64,000 nucleotides of DNA, taken from contig CAXHJY010000834.1 of NCBI GenBank assembly GCA_964016885.1, forward strand, positions 252,025-316,024, written 5' to 3'. Position numbers and translations under genes: made by a program. Positions 15,001 through 29,044 of this stretch are shown in pieces (the first letter of the stretch is position 1; each line of letters begins with the position of its first letter). The stretch is from Eledone cirrhosa (taxonomy: Eukaryota). The notes below the pieces were generated by a model. That model saw nothing but the letters and a program-made list of their open reading frames with translations. It did no database searches and was not told the DNA's origin.

Positions 15001-18000
15001 AATACAGTTAGTGTGAAAAGATACCAGTACTAGGACCAAATACAGTTAGTGTGAAAAGACACCAGTACTAGGACCAAATACAGTTAGTGTGAAAAGACAC
15101 CAGTACTAGGACCAAATACAGTTAGTGTGAACAGACACCAGTACTAGGACCAAATACAGTTAGTGTGAACAGACACCAGTACTAGGACCAAATACAGTTA
15201 GTGTGAAAAGACACCAGTACTAGAACCAAATACAGTTAGTCTGAACAGACACCAGTACTAGGACCAAATACAGTTAGTGTGAAAAGATACCAGTACTAGG
15301 ACCAAATACAGTTAGTGTGAAAAGACACCAGTACTAGGCCCAAATACAGCTTGTGAGAAAAGATACCAGTACTAGGACCAAAGACAGTTAGTGTGAACAG
15401 ATACCAGTCCTAGGAACAAATACAGTTAGTGTGAACAGACACCAGTACTAGGACCAAATACAGTTAGTGTGAAAAGATACCAGTACTAGGACCAAATACA
15501 GTTAGTGTGAAAATATACCAGTACTAGGACCAAATACAGTTAGTGTGAAAAGATACCACTACTAGGACCAAATACAGTTAGTGTGAAAAGACACCAGTAC
15601 TAGGACCAAATACAGTTAGTGTGAAAAGACACCAGTACTAGGACGAAATACAGTTAGTGTGAAAAGACATCAGTACTAGAACCAAATACAGTTAGTGTGA
15701 AAAGATACCAGTACTAGGACCAAATACAGTTAGTGTGAAAAGATACCAGTACTAGGACCAAATACAGTTAGTGTGAAAAGATACCAGTACTAGGACCAAA
15801 TACAGTTAGTGTGAAAAGATACCAGTACTAGGACCAAATACAGTTAGTCTGAATAGATACCAGTACTAGGACCAAATACAGTTAGTCTGAAAAGATACTA
15901 GTACTAGGACCAAATACAGTAAGTGTGAAAAGATACCAGTACTAGGACCAAATGCAGTTAGTGTGAAAAGATACCAGTACTAGGACCAAATACAGTTAGT
16001 GTGAAAAGATACCAGTACTAGGACCAAATACAGTTAGTGTGAAAAGATACCAGTACTAGGACCAAATACAGTTAGTGTGAAAAGATACCAGTACTAGTAC
16101 CAAATACAGTTAGTGTGAAAAGATACCAGTACTAGGACCAAATACAGTTAGTGTGAAAAGATACCAGTACTAGGACCAAATACAGTTAGTGTGAACAGAC
16201 ACCAGTACTAGGACCAAATACAGTTAGTGTGAATAGATACCAGTACTAGGACCAAATACAGTTAGTGTGAAAAGACACCAGTACTAGGACCAAATACAGT
16301 TAGTGTGAAAAGACACCAGTACTAGGACCAAATACAGTTAGTGTGAAAAGATACCAGTACTAGGACGAAATACAGTTAGTGTGAAAAGACATCAGTACTA
16401 GAACCAAATACAGTTAGTGTGAAAAGATACCAGTACTAGGACCAAATACAGTTAGTGTGAAAAGATACCAGTACTAGGACCAAATACAGTTAGTGTGAAA
16501 AGATACCAGTACTAGGACCAAATACAGTTAGTGTGAAAAGATACCAGTACTAGGACCAAATACAGTTAGTCTGAATAGATACCAGTACTAGGACCAAATA
16601 CAGTTAGTCTGAAAAGATACTAGTACTAGGACCAAATACAGTTAGTGTGAAAAGAAACCAGTACTAGGACCAAATACAGTTAGTGTGAAAAGATACCAGT
16701 ACTAGGACCAAATACAGTTAGTGTGAAAAGATACCAGTACTAGGACCAAATACAGTTAGTGTGAAAAGATACCAGTACTAGGACCAAATACAGTTAGTGT
16801 GAATAGATACCAGTACTAGGACCAAATACAGTTAGTGTGAAAAGATACCAGTACTAGGACCAAATACAGTTAGGGTGAAAAGATACCAGTACTAGGACCA
16901 AATACAGTTAGTGTGAACAGACACCAGTACTAGGACCAAATACAGTTAGTGTGAAAAGATACCAGTACTAGGACCAAATACAGTTAGTGTGAAAAGACAC
17001 CAGTACTAGGCCCAAATACAGCTAGTGTGAAAAGATACCAGTACTAGGACCAAAGACAGTTAGTGTGAACAGATACCAGTACTAGGAACAAATACAGTTA
17101 GTGTGAACAGACACCAGTACTAGGACCAAATACAGTTAGTGTGAAAAGATACCAGTACTAGGACCAAATACAGTTAGTGTGAAAAGATACCAGTACTAGG
17201 ACCAAATACAGTTAGTGTGAAAAGATACCACTACTAGGACCAAATACAGTTAGTGTGAAAAGACATCAGTACTAGAACCAAATACAGTTAGTGTGAAAAG
17301 ATACCAGTACTAGGACCAAATACAGTTAGTGTGAAAAGATACCAGTACTAGGACCAAATACAGTTAGTGTGAAAAGATACCAGTACTAGGACCAAATACA
17401 GTTAGTCTGAATAGATACCAGTACTAGGACCAAATACAGTTAGTCTGAAAAGATACTAGTACTAGGACCAAATACAGTTAGTGTGAAAAGATACCAGTAC
17501 TAGGACCAAATACAGTTAGTGTGAAAAGACACCAGTACTAGGACCAAATACAGTTAGTGTGAAAAGATACCAGTACTAGGACCAAATACAGTTAGTGTGA
17601 AAAGATACCAGTACTAGGACCAAATACAGTTAGTCTGAATAGATACCAGTACTAGGACCAAATACAGTTAGTCTGAAAAGATACTAGTACTAGGACCAAA
17701 TACAGTTAGTGTGAAAAGATACCAGTACTAGGACCAAATACAGTTAGTGTGAAAAGACACCAGTACTAGGACCAAATACAGTTAGTGTGAAAAGATACCA
17801 GTACTAGGACAAAATACAGTTAGTGTGAAAAGATACCAGTACTAGGACCAAATACAGTTAGTGTGAAAAGACACCAGTACTAGGACCAAATACAGTTAGT
17901 GTGAAAAGATACCAGTACTAGGACCAAATACAGTTAGTGTGAAAAGATACCAGTACTAGGACAAAATACAGTTAGTGTGAAAAGACACCAGTACTAGGCC

Positions 18001-21000
18001 CAAATACAGTTAGTGTGAAAAGACACCAGTACTAGAACCAAATACAGTTAGTGTGAAAAGATACCAGTACTAGGACCAAATACAGTTAGTGTGAAAAGAT
18101 ACCAGTACTAGGACCAAATACAGTTAGTGTGAAAAGATACCAGTACTAGAACCAAATACAGTTAGTGTGAAAAGATACCAGTACTAGGACCAAATACAGT
18201 TAGTGTGAAAAGACACCAGTACTAGAACCAAATACAGTTAGTGTGAAAAGATACCAGTACTAGGACCAAATACAGTTAGTGTGAAAAGATACCAGTACTA
18301 GGACAAAATACAGTTAGTGTGAAAAGACACCAGTACTAGGCCCAAATATAGTTAGTGTGAAAAGACACCAGTACTAGGACCAAATACAGTTAGTGTGAAA
18401 AGACACCAGTACTAGGACCAAATACAGTTAGTGTGAAAAGATACCAGTACTAGGACCAAATACAGTTAGTGTGAAAAGACACCAGTACTAGGACCAAATA
18501 CAGTTAGTGTGAAAAGATACCAGTACTAGGACCAAATACAGTTAGTGTGAAAAGATACCAGTACTAGGACCAAATACTGTTAGTGTGAAAAGACACCAGT
18601 ACTAGGACCAAATACAGTTAGTGTGAAAAGATACCAGTACTAGGACCAAATACAGTTAGTGTGAAAAGATACCTGTACTAGGCCCAAATACAGTTAGTGT
18701 GAAAAGACACCAGTACTAGAACCAAATACAGTTAGTGTGAAAAGATACCAGTACTAGGACCAAATACAGTTAGAGTGAAAAGACACCAGTACTAGGCCCA
18801 AATACAGTTAGTGTGAAAAGATACCAGTACTAGGACCAAATACAGTTAGTGTGAACAGACATCAGTACTGGAACCAAATACAGTTAGTGTGAAAAGATAC
18901 CAGTACTAGGACCAAATACAGTTAGTGTGAAAAGACACCAGTACTAGGACCAAATACAGTTAGTGTGAAAAGATACCAGTAGAAGGACCAAATACAGTTA
19001 GTGTGAAAAGACACCAGTACTAGGACCAAATACAGTTAGTGTGAAAAGACACCAGTACTAGAACCAAATACAGTTAGTGTGAAAAGACACCAGTACTAGG
19101 ACCAAATACAGTTAGTGTGAAAAGATACCAGTAGAAGGACCAAATACAATTAGTGTGAAAAGACACCAGTACTAAGACCAAATACAGTTAGTGTGAAAAG
19201 ACACCAGTACTAGGCCCAAATACAGCTAGTGTGAAAAGACACCAGTACAAGGACCAAATACAGTTAGTGTGAAAAGACACCAGTACTAGGCCCAAATACA
19301 GCTAGTGTGAAAAGATACCAGTACTAGGACCAAATACAGTTAGTGTGAAAAGATACCAGTACTAGGACCAAATACAGTTAGTGTGGACAGACACCAGTAC
19401 TAGGACCAAATACAGTTAGTGTGAAAAGACACCAGTACTAGGACCAAATACAGTTAGTGTGAAAAGATACCAGTACTAGGACCAAATACAGTTAGTGTGA
19501 AAAGATACCAGTACTAGGACCAAATACAGTTAGTGTGAAAAGATACCATTACTAGGACCAAATACAGTTAGTGTGAAAAGACACCAGTACTAGGACCAAA
19601 TACAGTTAGTGTGAAAAGATACCACTACTAGGACCAAATACAGTTAGTGTGAAAAGACATCAGTACTAGGACTAAATACAGTTAGTGTGAAAAGACACCA
19701 GTACTAGGACCAAATACAGTTAGTGTGAAAAGACACCAGTACTAGGACCAAATACAGTTAGTGTGAAAAGACACCAGTACTAGGACCAAATACAGTTAGT
19801 GTGAAAAGACACCAGTACTAGAACCAAATACAGTTAGTGTGAAAAGACACCAGTACTGGAACCAAATACAGTTAGTGTGAAAAGATACCAGTACTAGGAC
19901 CAAATACAGTTAGTGTGAAAAGATACCAGTACTAGGACCAAATACAGTTAGTGTGAAAAGACACCAGTACTAGGACCAAATACAGTTAGTGTTAAAAAAT
20001 ACCAGTACTAGGACCAAATACAGTTAGTGTGAAAAGATACCAGTACTAGGACCAAATACAGTTAGTGTGAAAAGATACCAGTACTAGGACCAAATACAGT
20101 TAGTGTGAAAAGATACCACTACTAGGACCAAATACAGTTAGTGTGAAAAGACACCAGTACTAGGACGAAATACAGTTAGAGTGAAAAGACATCAGTACTA
20201 GAACCAAATGCAGTTAGTGTGAAAAGATACCAGTACTAGGACCAAATACAGTTAGTGTGAAAAGATACCAGTACTAGGACCAAATACAGTTAGTGTGAAA
20301 AGATACCAGTACTAGGACCAAATACAGTTAGTGTGAAAAGATACCAGTACTAGGACCAAATACAGTTAGTCTGAATAGATACCAGTACTAGGACCAAATA
20401 CAGTTAGTCTGAAAAGATACTAGTACTAGGACCAAATACAGTTAGTGTGAAAAGATACCAGTACTAGGACCAAATACAGTTAGTGTGAAAAGATACCAGT
20501 ACTAGGACCAAATACAGTTAGTGTGAAAAGATACCAGTACTAGGACCAAATACAGTTAGTGTGAAAAGATACCAGTACTAGGACCAAATACAGTTAGTGT
20601 GAAAAGATACCAGTACTAGGACCAAATACAGTTAGTGTGAAAAGATACCAGTACTAGGACCAAATACAGTTAGTGTGAAAAGATACCAGTACTAGGACCA
20701 AATACAGTTAGTGTGAAAAGACACCAGTACTAGGCCCAAATACAGCTAGTGTGAAAAGATACCAGTACTAGGACCAAAGACAGTTAGTGTGAACAGATAC
20801 CAGTACTAGGAACAAATACAGTTAGTGTGAACAGACACCAGTACTAGGACCAAATACAGTTAGTGTGAAAAGATACCAGTACTAGGACCAAATACAGTTA
20901 GTGTGAAAAGATACCAGTACTAGGACCAAATACAGTTAGTGTGAAAAGATACCACTACTAGGACCAAATACAGTTAGTGTGAAAAGACACCAGTACTAGG

Positions 21001-22530
21001 ACGAAATACAGTTAGTGTGAAAAGACATCAGTACTAGAACCAAATACAGTTTGTGTGAAAAGACACCAGTACTAGGACCAAATACAGTTAGTGTGAAAAG
21101 ACACCAGTACTAGAACCAAATACAGTTAGTGTGAAAAGATACCAGTACTAGGACCAAATACAGTTAGTGTGAAAAGACACCAGTACTAGAACCAAATACA
21201 GTTAGTGTGAAAAGATACCAGTACTAGGACCAAATACAGTTAGTGTGAAAAGATACCAGTACTAGGACCAAATACAGTTAGTGTGAAAAGATACCAGTAC
21301 TAGGACCAAATACAGTTAGTGTGAAATGATACCAGTACTAGGACCAAATACAGTTAGTGTGAAAAGACACCAGTACTAGGACCAAATACAGTTAGTGTGA
21401 ATAGATACCAGTAGTAGGACCAAATACAGTTAGTGTGAACAGATACCAGTACTAGGACCAAATACAGTTAGTGTGAAAAGATACCAGTACTAGAACCAAA
21501 TACAGTTAGTGTGAAAAGATACCAGTACTAGGACCAAATACAGTTAGTGTGAAAAGACACCAGTACTAGAACCAAATACAGTTAGTGTGAAAATATACCA
21601 GTACTAGGACCAAATACAGTTAGTGTGAAAAGATACCAGTACTAGGACCAAATACAGTTAGTCTGAATAGATACCAGTAGTAGGACCAAATACAGTTAGT
21701 GTGAAAAGATACCAGTACTAGGACCAAATACAGTTAGTGTAAAAAGATACCAGTACTAAGACCAAATACAGTTAGTGTGAAATGATACCAGTACTAGGAC
21801 CAAATACATTTAGTGTGAAAAGACACCAGTACTAGGACCAAATACAGTTAGTGTGAAAAGACACCAGTACTCAAACCAAATACAGTTAGTGTGAAAAGAC
21901 ACCAGTACTCAAACCAAATACAGTTAGTGTGAAAAGACACCAGTACTCAAACCAAATACAGTTTGTGTGAAAAGATACCAGTACTAGGACCAAATACAGT
22001 TAGTGTGAAAAGATACCAGTACTAGGATCAAATACAGTTAGTGTGAAAAGATACCAGTACTAGGACCAAATACAGTTAGTGTGAAAAGATACCAGTACTA
22101 GGATCAAATACAGTTAGTGTGAAAAGACACCAGTACTAGGACCAAATACAGTTAGTGTGAAAAGACACCAGTACTAGGACCAAATACAGTTTGTGTGAAA
22201 AGATACCAGTACTAAGACCAAATACAGTTAGTGTGAAAAGACACCAGTACTAGGACAAAATACAGTTAGTGTGAAAAGATACCAGTACTAGGACCAAATA
22301 CAGTTAGTGTGAAAAGACACCAGTACTAGGACCAAATACAGTTAGTGTGAAAAGATACCAGTACTAGGATCAAATACAGTTAGTGTGAAAAGACACCAGT
22401 ACTAGGACCAAATACAGTTAGTGTGAAAAGATACCAGTACTAGGACCAAATACAGTTAGTGTGAAAAGATACCAGTACTAGAACCAAATACAGTTAGTGT
22501 GAAGAGATACCAGTACTAGAACCAAATACA
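1..22530. repeat. 38-bp tandem satellite array (~590 units), consensus AGTGTGAAAAGAYACCAGTACTAGGACCAAATACAGTT
   Basis: Unit recurs with period 38 from position 1 (next copy at 39); few substitutions per unit; array is already in progress at the left edge of the window. Confidence 0.99.
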
Positions 22531-22817
22531 GTTGGTCAGTGTGAAAAGATGCCACTACTAGGACCAAATACAGTTGGTCAATGTGAAAAGATACCAGTAC
22601 TAGAACCAAATCTAGTTGGTCAATGTGAAAAGATACCAGTACTAGAACCAAATACAGTTGGTCAATGTGAAAAGTTACCAGTACTAGAACCAAATACAGT
22701 TGGTCAATGTGAAAAGATACCAGTACTAGGACCAAATACAGTTGGTCAATGTGAAAAGATACCAGTACTAGGACCAAATACAGTTAGTCAATATGAACAG
22801 ATACCAATACTAGGACA
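22531..22817. repeat. 42-bp variant units at satellite terminus (GTTGGTCAATGTGAAAAGATACCAGTACTAGRACCAAATACA)
   Basis: About 7 units carrying a 4-bp GTCA-type insertion; they produce the 14-aa repeat ORFs at 22478-22866. Confidence 0.95.
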
Positions 22818-23514
22818 CTGGGGCCAATTACAGTCACCTTTCAGTGAGACTCATACATATTGTTAAGATCAAAACAATAAAAAAAAAACAAAAAAAAAAA
22901 AAACAAATTAGTATTTTAATAAGCAATAGCAACTTTTTTGCTTCTCTCTACATTCCAGGTGCTGCAGTAAAGATGAGGGTCGGTAAATCCGTGGCCAAAT
23001 GTAATAAAATTCTAAAGCACCAGGAATTATCAGTAAACTATCTATTTTCTTTTAACGTGTGCTGTTTGACATGTTTAGGCGAGATTCTTGTAATTGTTGG
23101 TGACTCCCCTTACTGAGATAAGAGGTTATGCTCTTAGTGAGGGTTGCTAGGTTATTTCAACGTTTTAACCTCACCATTACCCACAGTAATGCTGCGAATG
23201 TGTTGACTTCCCTCGGAAATTATTAGAGGGAAACTCCAGCACCCCTTATGGTGCGTGATTGATTGTACTGGTCATCTATCCCCTCCTTTGTTGTAGTTTT
23301 AGTACTTTTTATATATGTGGTGGTGGTGGTGGTGGTGGTTATGGGTGAATTTATTTATATAGATATAAATGTTTCTAATAATAAATCTAGCTTTGTAAAT
23401 GCTCAAATAGGTGGGGAAGGGCTGCATCAAATCTTCTCAACTTCGGATTGTTTTAAATTATAATTGTATATATATATATATGTTTTGAAACAGTGAGCGA
23501 GTTTGAAATTAGAA

Positions 23515-23558
23515 ATATAAGCTTTCACCGTATTTTTTACTCAAAAATACGGTGAAAG

Positions 23559-23565
<7 letters not shown>
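23515..23565. repeat. 23-bp perfect inverted repeat abutting (TA)n
   Basis: ATATAAGCTTTCACCGTATTTTT-TACTC-AAAAATACGGTGAAAGCTTATAT. Confidence 0.9.
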
Positions 23566-23613
<48 letters not shown>

Positions 23614-24319
23614 AGGGGGAAAGAGAGAGAGAGATATCCAGAATCAGTAAATTTACACCATGCTGGGATCCTGTCTGGCTACTTTTCGTTTTAGGTAGAC
23701 AGTACTTGCTGAAGATAATATAATGAATAAAATGAAAATTGACGATACTTGATTGATCTGTATAAATAAATAATGATTTATTGGTAAAAGAAAAGGAAAT
23801 AAAATAACATGATTGGGTCATCACTTTATCACACCTTGGACAATATCGGTGGCGTGGAGAGGGAAAACTAATATGCATGGAAAACTGCTGGTCTCCTACA
23901 AACAACCTAGCCCAGACATGTGCCTCAAAGACGAACTTTCTAGGCGCAAATCCCATGGTAATTTGTGACCGAAGGAGGTCTTTACTTTCTACCCTACATA
24001 TAGATATATACAAACAGATACATACGTACACTCACACACATACATTTCTATGTTGTTTTGTTTTGTCTGGCAGTCTTTGATTAGAGCAGACATGAAACTA
24101 AACGCCACAAGCGAAACGAGTAAACAAACCTTGTGATAATAGGACATGTAAAATTTTAAGTAGTCAGCGATGTCCGATCAATAATTTCATTTTACATTTA
24201 TTTATATCAATTAAAATAATCTTTTTCTTATTTTCTATAATCATTATAAAACATAATTTAATTTTAAATATTTTCTTTTACTAATAAATCACTCTGAATT
24301 TACAAATATACAAAATTGT

Positions 24320-25539
24320 GGAAAAGTGCTAAAAGTCATCCTAAACAGGCTGAAGTCAGATGCTGAGAAAATCATTGCGGAAGAGCAGGTTGGTTTCCGT
24401 TGTGGAAGGAGCATCACAGAGATTTTCAATCTGAGAGTTCTATGCGAAAAGTACAGCTAACACCAACAGAATCTTTACCACGTATTCGTTGACTTCAAGA
24501 AAGTCTTTGACAGGGTGTGCTGTGGGCAACCATGAAGAAATATAACATGGGCCAAAAGACCATATAACAGCTGTACGCGAAAGCCTCAAGTCCGGTACTT
24601 ATCCAAGACACAATGGGGAACTGGTTCCACACATTAGTAGGTGTCCAATAGGGCTGTCCCCTCTTCCTGACACTGTTCAAAATCTTCCTTGAGCGAATCA
24701 TGACTGACACCCTAGAAGACAATCCTGGCACAATCAGTAAAGGAGGACGAATTGTCACAAACGTCAGGTTCACTGATGACATCGACGTGCAAGCTGGAGG
24801 TGAAGAACTCGCCGAGTTGGTGAACCGCTTGTAGACAACTTCTGCTACATACGGCATGGAGATCATCAAGCTGATGACAAACACCACAAAGCCAATATAG
24901 TGAAGGGTCACAGTCAAAGGTCAAGAGCTGAAGACTGAAGCAGTTCAAGTAACTTGGTGCTATCATCAATCAAGAGGGATGAAAGCCATAGGTCCTTGCA
25001 ATGAGTGCTCTAACAGCCACAGCACTTGCTAAACTGAAATCTCTCTGGAGAGATAAAACACCGCTTTCAGATGCAAAATAAAACTCACGTGTGCATTGGT
25101 CCTATCCATTTTTCTATATGCATGCGAGTCATGGACCCTGATTACTGAACTGCAAAGAAAGATCCAAACATTGGAGATGAGATGCTATAGAATAATCCTG
25201 AGAATCTCCACACAGAACACATAAAGAACGAGGAGGTCCGCAAAAGAATCACTTAGCAGATGAACCATTTTGAAGACCACGGTGAAGAAGAAGAAGTTGA
25301 GGTGGTATGGGGATGTAACAAGACCGGACGGACTCTCCAAGACAATTCTCTAAGAACAGTACGGGGAAATAGAAGGCGGGGCAGGCAGAGGAAGCGGTGG
25401 ATAGACAATATAGCTGAGTGGAGGGGAAATAACTTTGCCACAACCCAAGCACTCGCCCATGACCGCCAGAGATGAAGGCAGTTGGTGCATCGCCTAAGAC
25501 TGCAGTGTCCCAACGACACCGAAAAGGGCTAAATGACTA

Positions 25540-25540
<1 letters not shown>
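24320..25540 (+). mobile_element. Degenerate, 5'-truncated RTE-clade LINE (reverse transcriptase to 3' end)
   Basis: Translated pieces KVILNRLKSDAEKIIAEEQVGFRCGRS, LYHVFVDFKKVFDRV, GCP..TLFKIFLERIM, VRFTDDID and RRRGRQRKRWIDNI, with stops and frameshifts. Confidence 0.9.
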
Positions 25541-25594
<54 letters not shown>

Positions 25595-25636
25595 AAAAGT
25601 ATTGCTTTTATTGGGTATAAACTTTGCCAGAGGGTT

Positions 25637-25680
25637 TAAAGCTTGTGAAGCTAAAACGGCCGAAACATGTGTTAGTTTTA
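25637..25680 (+). ncRNA. Degenerate hammerhead-like motif
   Basis: TAAAGCT-TGTGAAGC..GGCC-GAAAC-ATGT-GTT-AGTTTTA: stem I and the GAAAC/GTH box are present but the CUGANGA box is decayed. Confidence 0.35.
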
Positions 25681-25738
25681 TAGCATATTGACTCTTTGGT
25701 GTTTCTTAATCTTTATATATATATGTATATACATACAT

Positions 25739-25780
<42 letters not shown>

Positions 25781-26030
25781 GCATGGCTTAGAGCATTGGG
25801 CTTGCAATCAAAAGGTTATGAGTTCAATTCTCGGACCAGGTGATGTGTTGTTTCCTTGAGCAAGACACTTTATTTCACGTTGCTCCAGTTTACTCAGCTG
25901 TAGAAATGAGTACCGGCTTGCCCACCCACCCAGTGGGATGGCGTTATCTTATGGCTAAAACAGCACGACGTGCTGTGACCAGCGGCGCCGATTGGCGCCC
26001 GACTGACTGGTCGGTCAAGGTGATCAAGGT
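25781..26030 (+). mobile_element. tRNA-derived SINE
   Basis: A-box-like TGGCTTAGAG, B-box GAGTTCAATTC, central CCTTGAGCAAGACACTT motif typical of invertebrate SINE conserved domains. Confidence 0.75.
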
Positions 26031-26035
26031 GATAT

Positions 26036-26073
<38 letters not shown>

Positions 26074-26101
26074 GTATATATATATATATATATATGTATA
26101 A

Positions 26102-26464
<363 letters not shown>

Positions 26465-26469
26465 GTGTG

Positions 26470-26564
<95 letters not shown>

Positions 26565-26567
<3 letters not shown>

Positions 26568-28368
26568 TGAAAAAGAACAAAGGAACTATTATGACATTAT
26601 AACAAGTTTATTGCCGACAGCCGTTTCGTCCGACCCCATGGTGGGACTTATCAAGGCATATAACATGTGATTGCAAGATCATTGTTTACATCAACGTATC
26701 ACTCAAGGCTAGCAGTTTGAAATTGTTGTATACATCAGAACTCCGCTTGTATAGTTGTGGTCAATATTCTAAGGGGGGCTCTTTTATATCAGTTGTCGGG
26801 GTCAGGGATTGAAGTTTAAAAATTAGACAAAAATATATAATTTACGCATCAACATTAAACTAAAAGACTTGGGGTCCCGTAGAAGCACCTTAGAAAATCC
26901 CTCAATGAGTGCATAAAGCTTACAGGCTCCAATAAACCTATTAGACTAGAAGAAAATTAAGAGGCTAATAAAATAAGAAAATAAAAATATAAAGTTTCCC
27001 TAAAAAATATATAAAGTTCCTATGAAATTTCTTCTAGAGAAAAAAAATTTTTTCCGAAAGAAAAAAACCTTCTTCCCCTGAGATCACGTTTACAAAATTC
27101 AGAAAACTGAATTGAAAACTAGGTTGAAAGAAACCAATTAGAGGTTAATTCGGAGAGCCTTCCATAAATCTCTCAGAAAAGGCCCCTTTAATATTTCCAA
27201 TAGGAACTTCTTCCGAGAGACCCTTCGAAGAATTAAAATTTTAGAGAGCCTTTAAGGATAAATATAAAAACGAATTGAGGAAAATTATACATTAAAAGTT
27301 AAAAATTAAAAATTACGGTATTTGGGATATCCGAGGAATTTTCAAAGGGCTGCTTCAACAGATACAACTTAGGCATAATAGATACAATAATCTAAGCAAT
27401 TTAAGTAATTTAATTAGGGAGCAATTCAAGGAGTTTATCAAGTTGGGCAAGATTAAAGAAAGTGGTAACTAAGAAAATACATAAGCAAAAAGACAATAAT
27501 TATAAAATGTATCTTTAAGAAGGTATAAGGTAGCTTCAGTGATCTAACCATGTATTATCACAAAAAAAAAACATTCTAAAATTATTGATACAGGATTAAA
27601 AATTATTACAAAATTATTACAAAATTACCACAAAATCATTACAAAATTATCAAATCATCACAAAATTATCAAATTATCATAAAATTATCGCACAATTATT
27701 ACAAAATTATCATAAAATTATTACAAAATTATCACAAAGTTATTGATACAGGATCAACAAAGACAACAATATATATTCCTGCCCAATCAACAAGTAATCA
27801 GAACACTATTAACGGTCAGGCAAAATTAGCTCAGGGATATCCCGCGCTCGGATACTTTACACACACACAGCAACACATAGGACTAGCACAGACACAATGG
27901 TACATTCTTGCCTAAATAACAAACAATTGATTAACAATTGATGGTCAAGAAAATGTACTCAGGGATATCCCGCGCACTGATATTTACATACATATAACAG
28001 GATGAACAGTACTGGTGACCGTGTGGGCGCGATATCCATTCTGCCTATGCAGTCCCCTGCATAGCTCCAGGCACGATATCCATTATGCGTATGCAGTCAT
28101 CTGCATAGCTCCAGGCGCAGCTGGTCTTGTTTAAACGTTCATAGATCACCTGGGGTTCACTATTATCTGCGTGGACTCTCTGGGAGATGTACCTGTGGAT
28201 CTAATAGCCAGTGGTTGCCGGATGTGGTCCGTTCGATCTTTTAGTTTCAGGGGTTGAACGCTTTCGCGATAGACGAGCCTGCCGGTTCTAAGTCCAAGGT
28301 TTCGCTACGCAGGATGTATTGGTCTACATGCTATATTGTTAAAAAACCAGTGTGGATTTGACTGGGGT

Positions 28369-28370
<2 letters not shown>
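26565..28370 (-). mobile_element. Putative non-autonomous hammerhead-bearing element between (TA)n tracts
   Basis: Hammerhead near its 3' end; no ORF in the track; internal AAAATTATTAC-like repeats (27.6-27.75 kb) and duplicated blocks (27831/27958; 28028-28117). Boundaries inferred from flanking microsatellites. Confidence 0.45.
26612..26658 (-). ncRNA. Minimal type I hammerhead ribozyme, U3-A8 core variant
   Basis: Minus strand TGCC-TTGATAA-GTCC..GGAC-GAAAC-GGCT-GTC-GGCA. Confidence 0.75.
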
Positions 28371-28437
<67 letters not shown>

Positions 28438-28532
28438 GTAGAACACTGGAAGGTAATATCTGTCGTGGTAGAGCACTCAGTCCATGGGACGAGTTAGGTA
28501 AAAGTGGTTACACAACAGTTAGTTCACCATAC

Positions 28533-28570
28533 CGAGAACAATTGTTTCACCTTAGCGGATCCTCAGCTCG
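28533..28570 (-). ncRNA. Minimal type I hammerhead ribozyme motif
   Basis: Minus strand CGAG-CTGAGGA-TCCGCTAAGGT-GAAAC-AATT-GTT-CTCG; stem II is weak. Confidence 0.65.
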
Positions 28571-28978
28571 TAATGGACATGGTTATATATATATATGAGA
28601 AAGTAAGTTTCTTTTAGTGTCCCACGCAGGTAAAAAAAGAAAAGAAAAGAATTTGAAAATGCATCTCAATTTTAGTTTTGATAATTATAAGAACTGTGAA
28701 ACCGATAAAGTAAATAAATATTCTTAAAAGACTCCAGCTGCATTTTAAAATTCTTTTCCTTACGAGTGACCACATACTGACTTTGTAGTACATAGATGTT
28801 CAGTTTGTTGTTGTTGTTTTTTTGTCTCAAACTGGCACCAGTTAGTCTAGAGAAACTGGCCAACTAGACATTTTTTGAAATAACATTTTGAGGGGACAAA
28901 AATGTTCCCAATCAATCGGACAGTTTCAGAGTTCCTACCGACCGGCTAAGATGTCAACTGTCTCACACAGGCTCCTTT

Positions 28979-28980
<2 letters not shown>

Positions 28981-29041
<61 letters not shown>
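28981..29041. repeat. (CT)n microsatellite
   Basis: Direct observation. Confidence 0.98.

Positions 29042-29044
<3 letters not shown>

Noticed and set aside
1-22817. CRISPR array
   Set aside because: Units are contiguous with no unique spacers, there are no cas genes, and the context is eukaryotic.
22478-22866. 14-aa repeat proteins
   Set aside because: Translation of the 42-bp satellite units.
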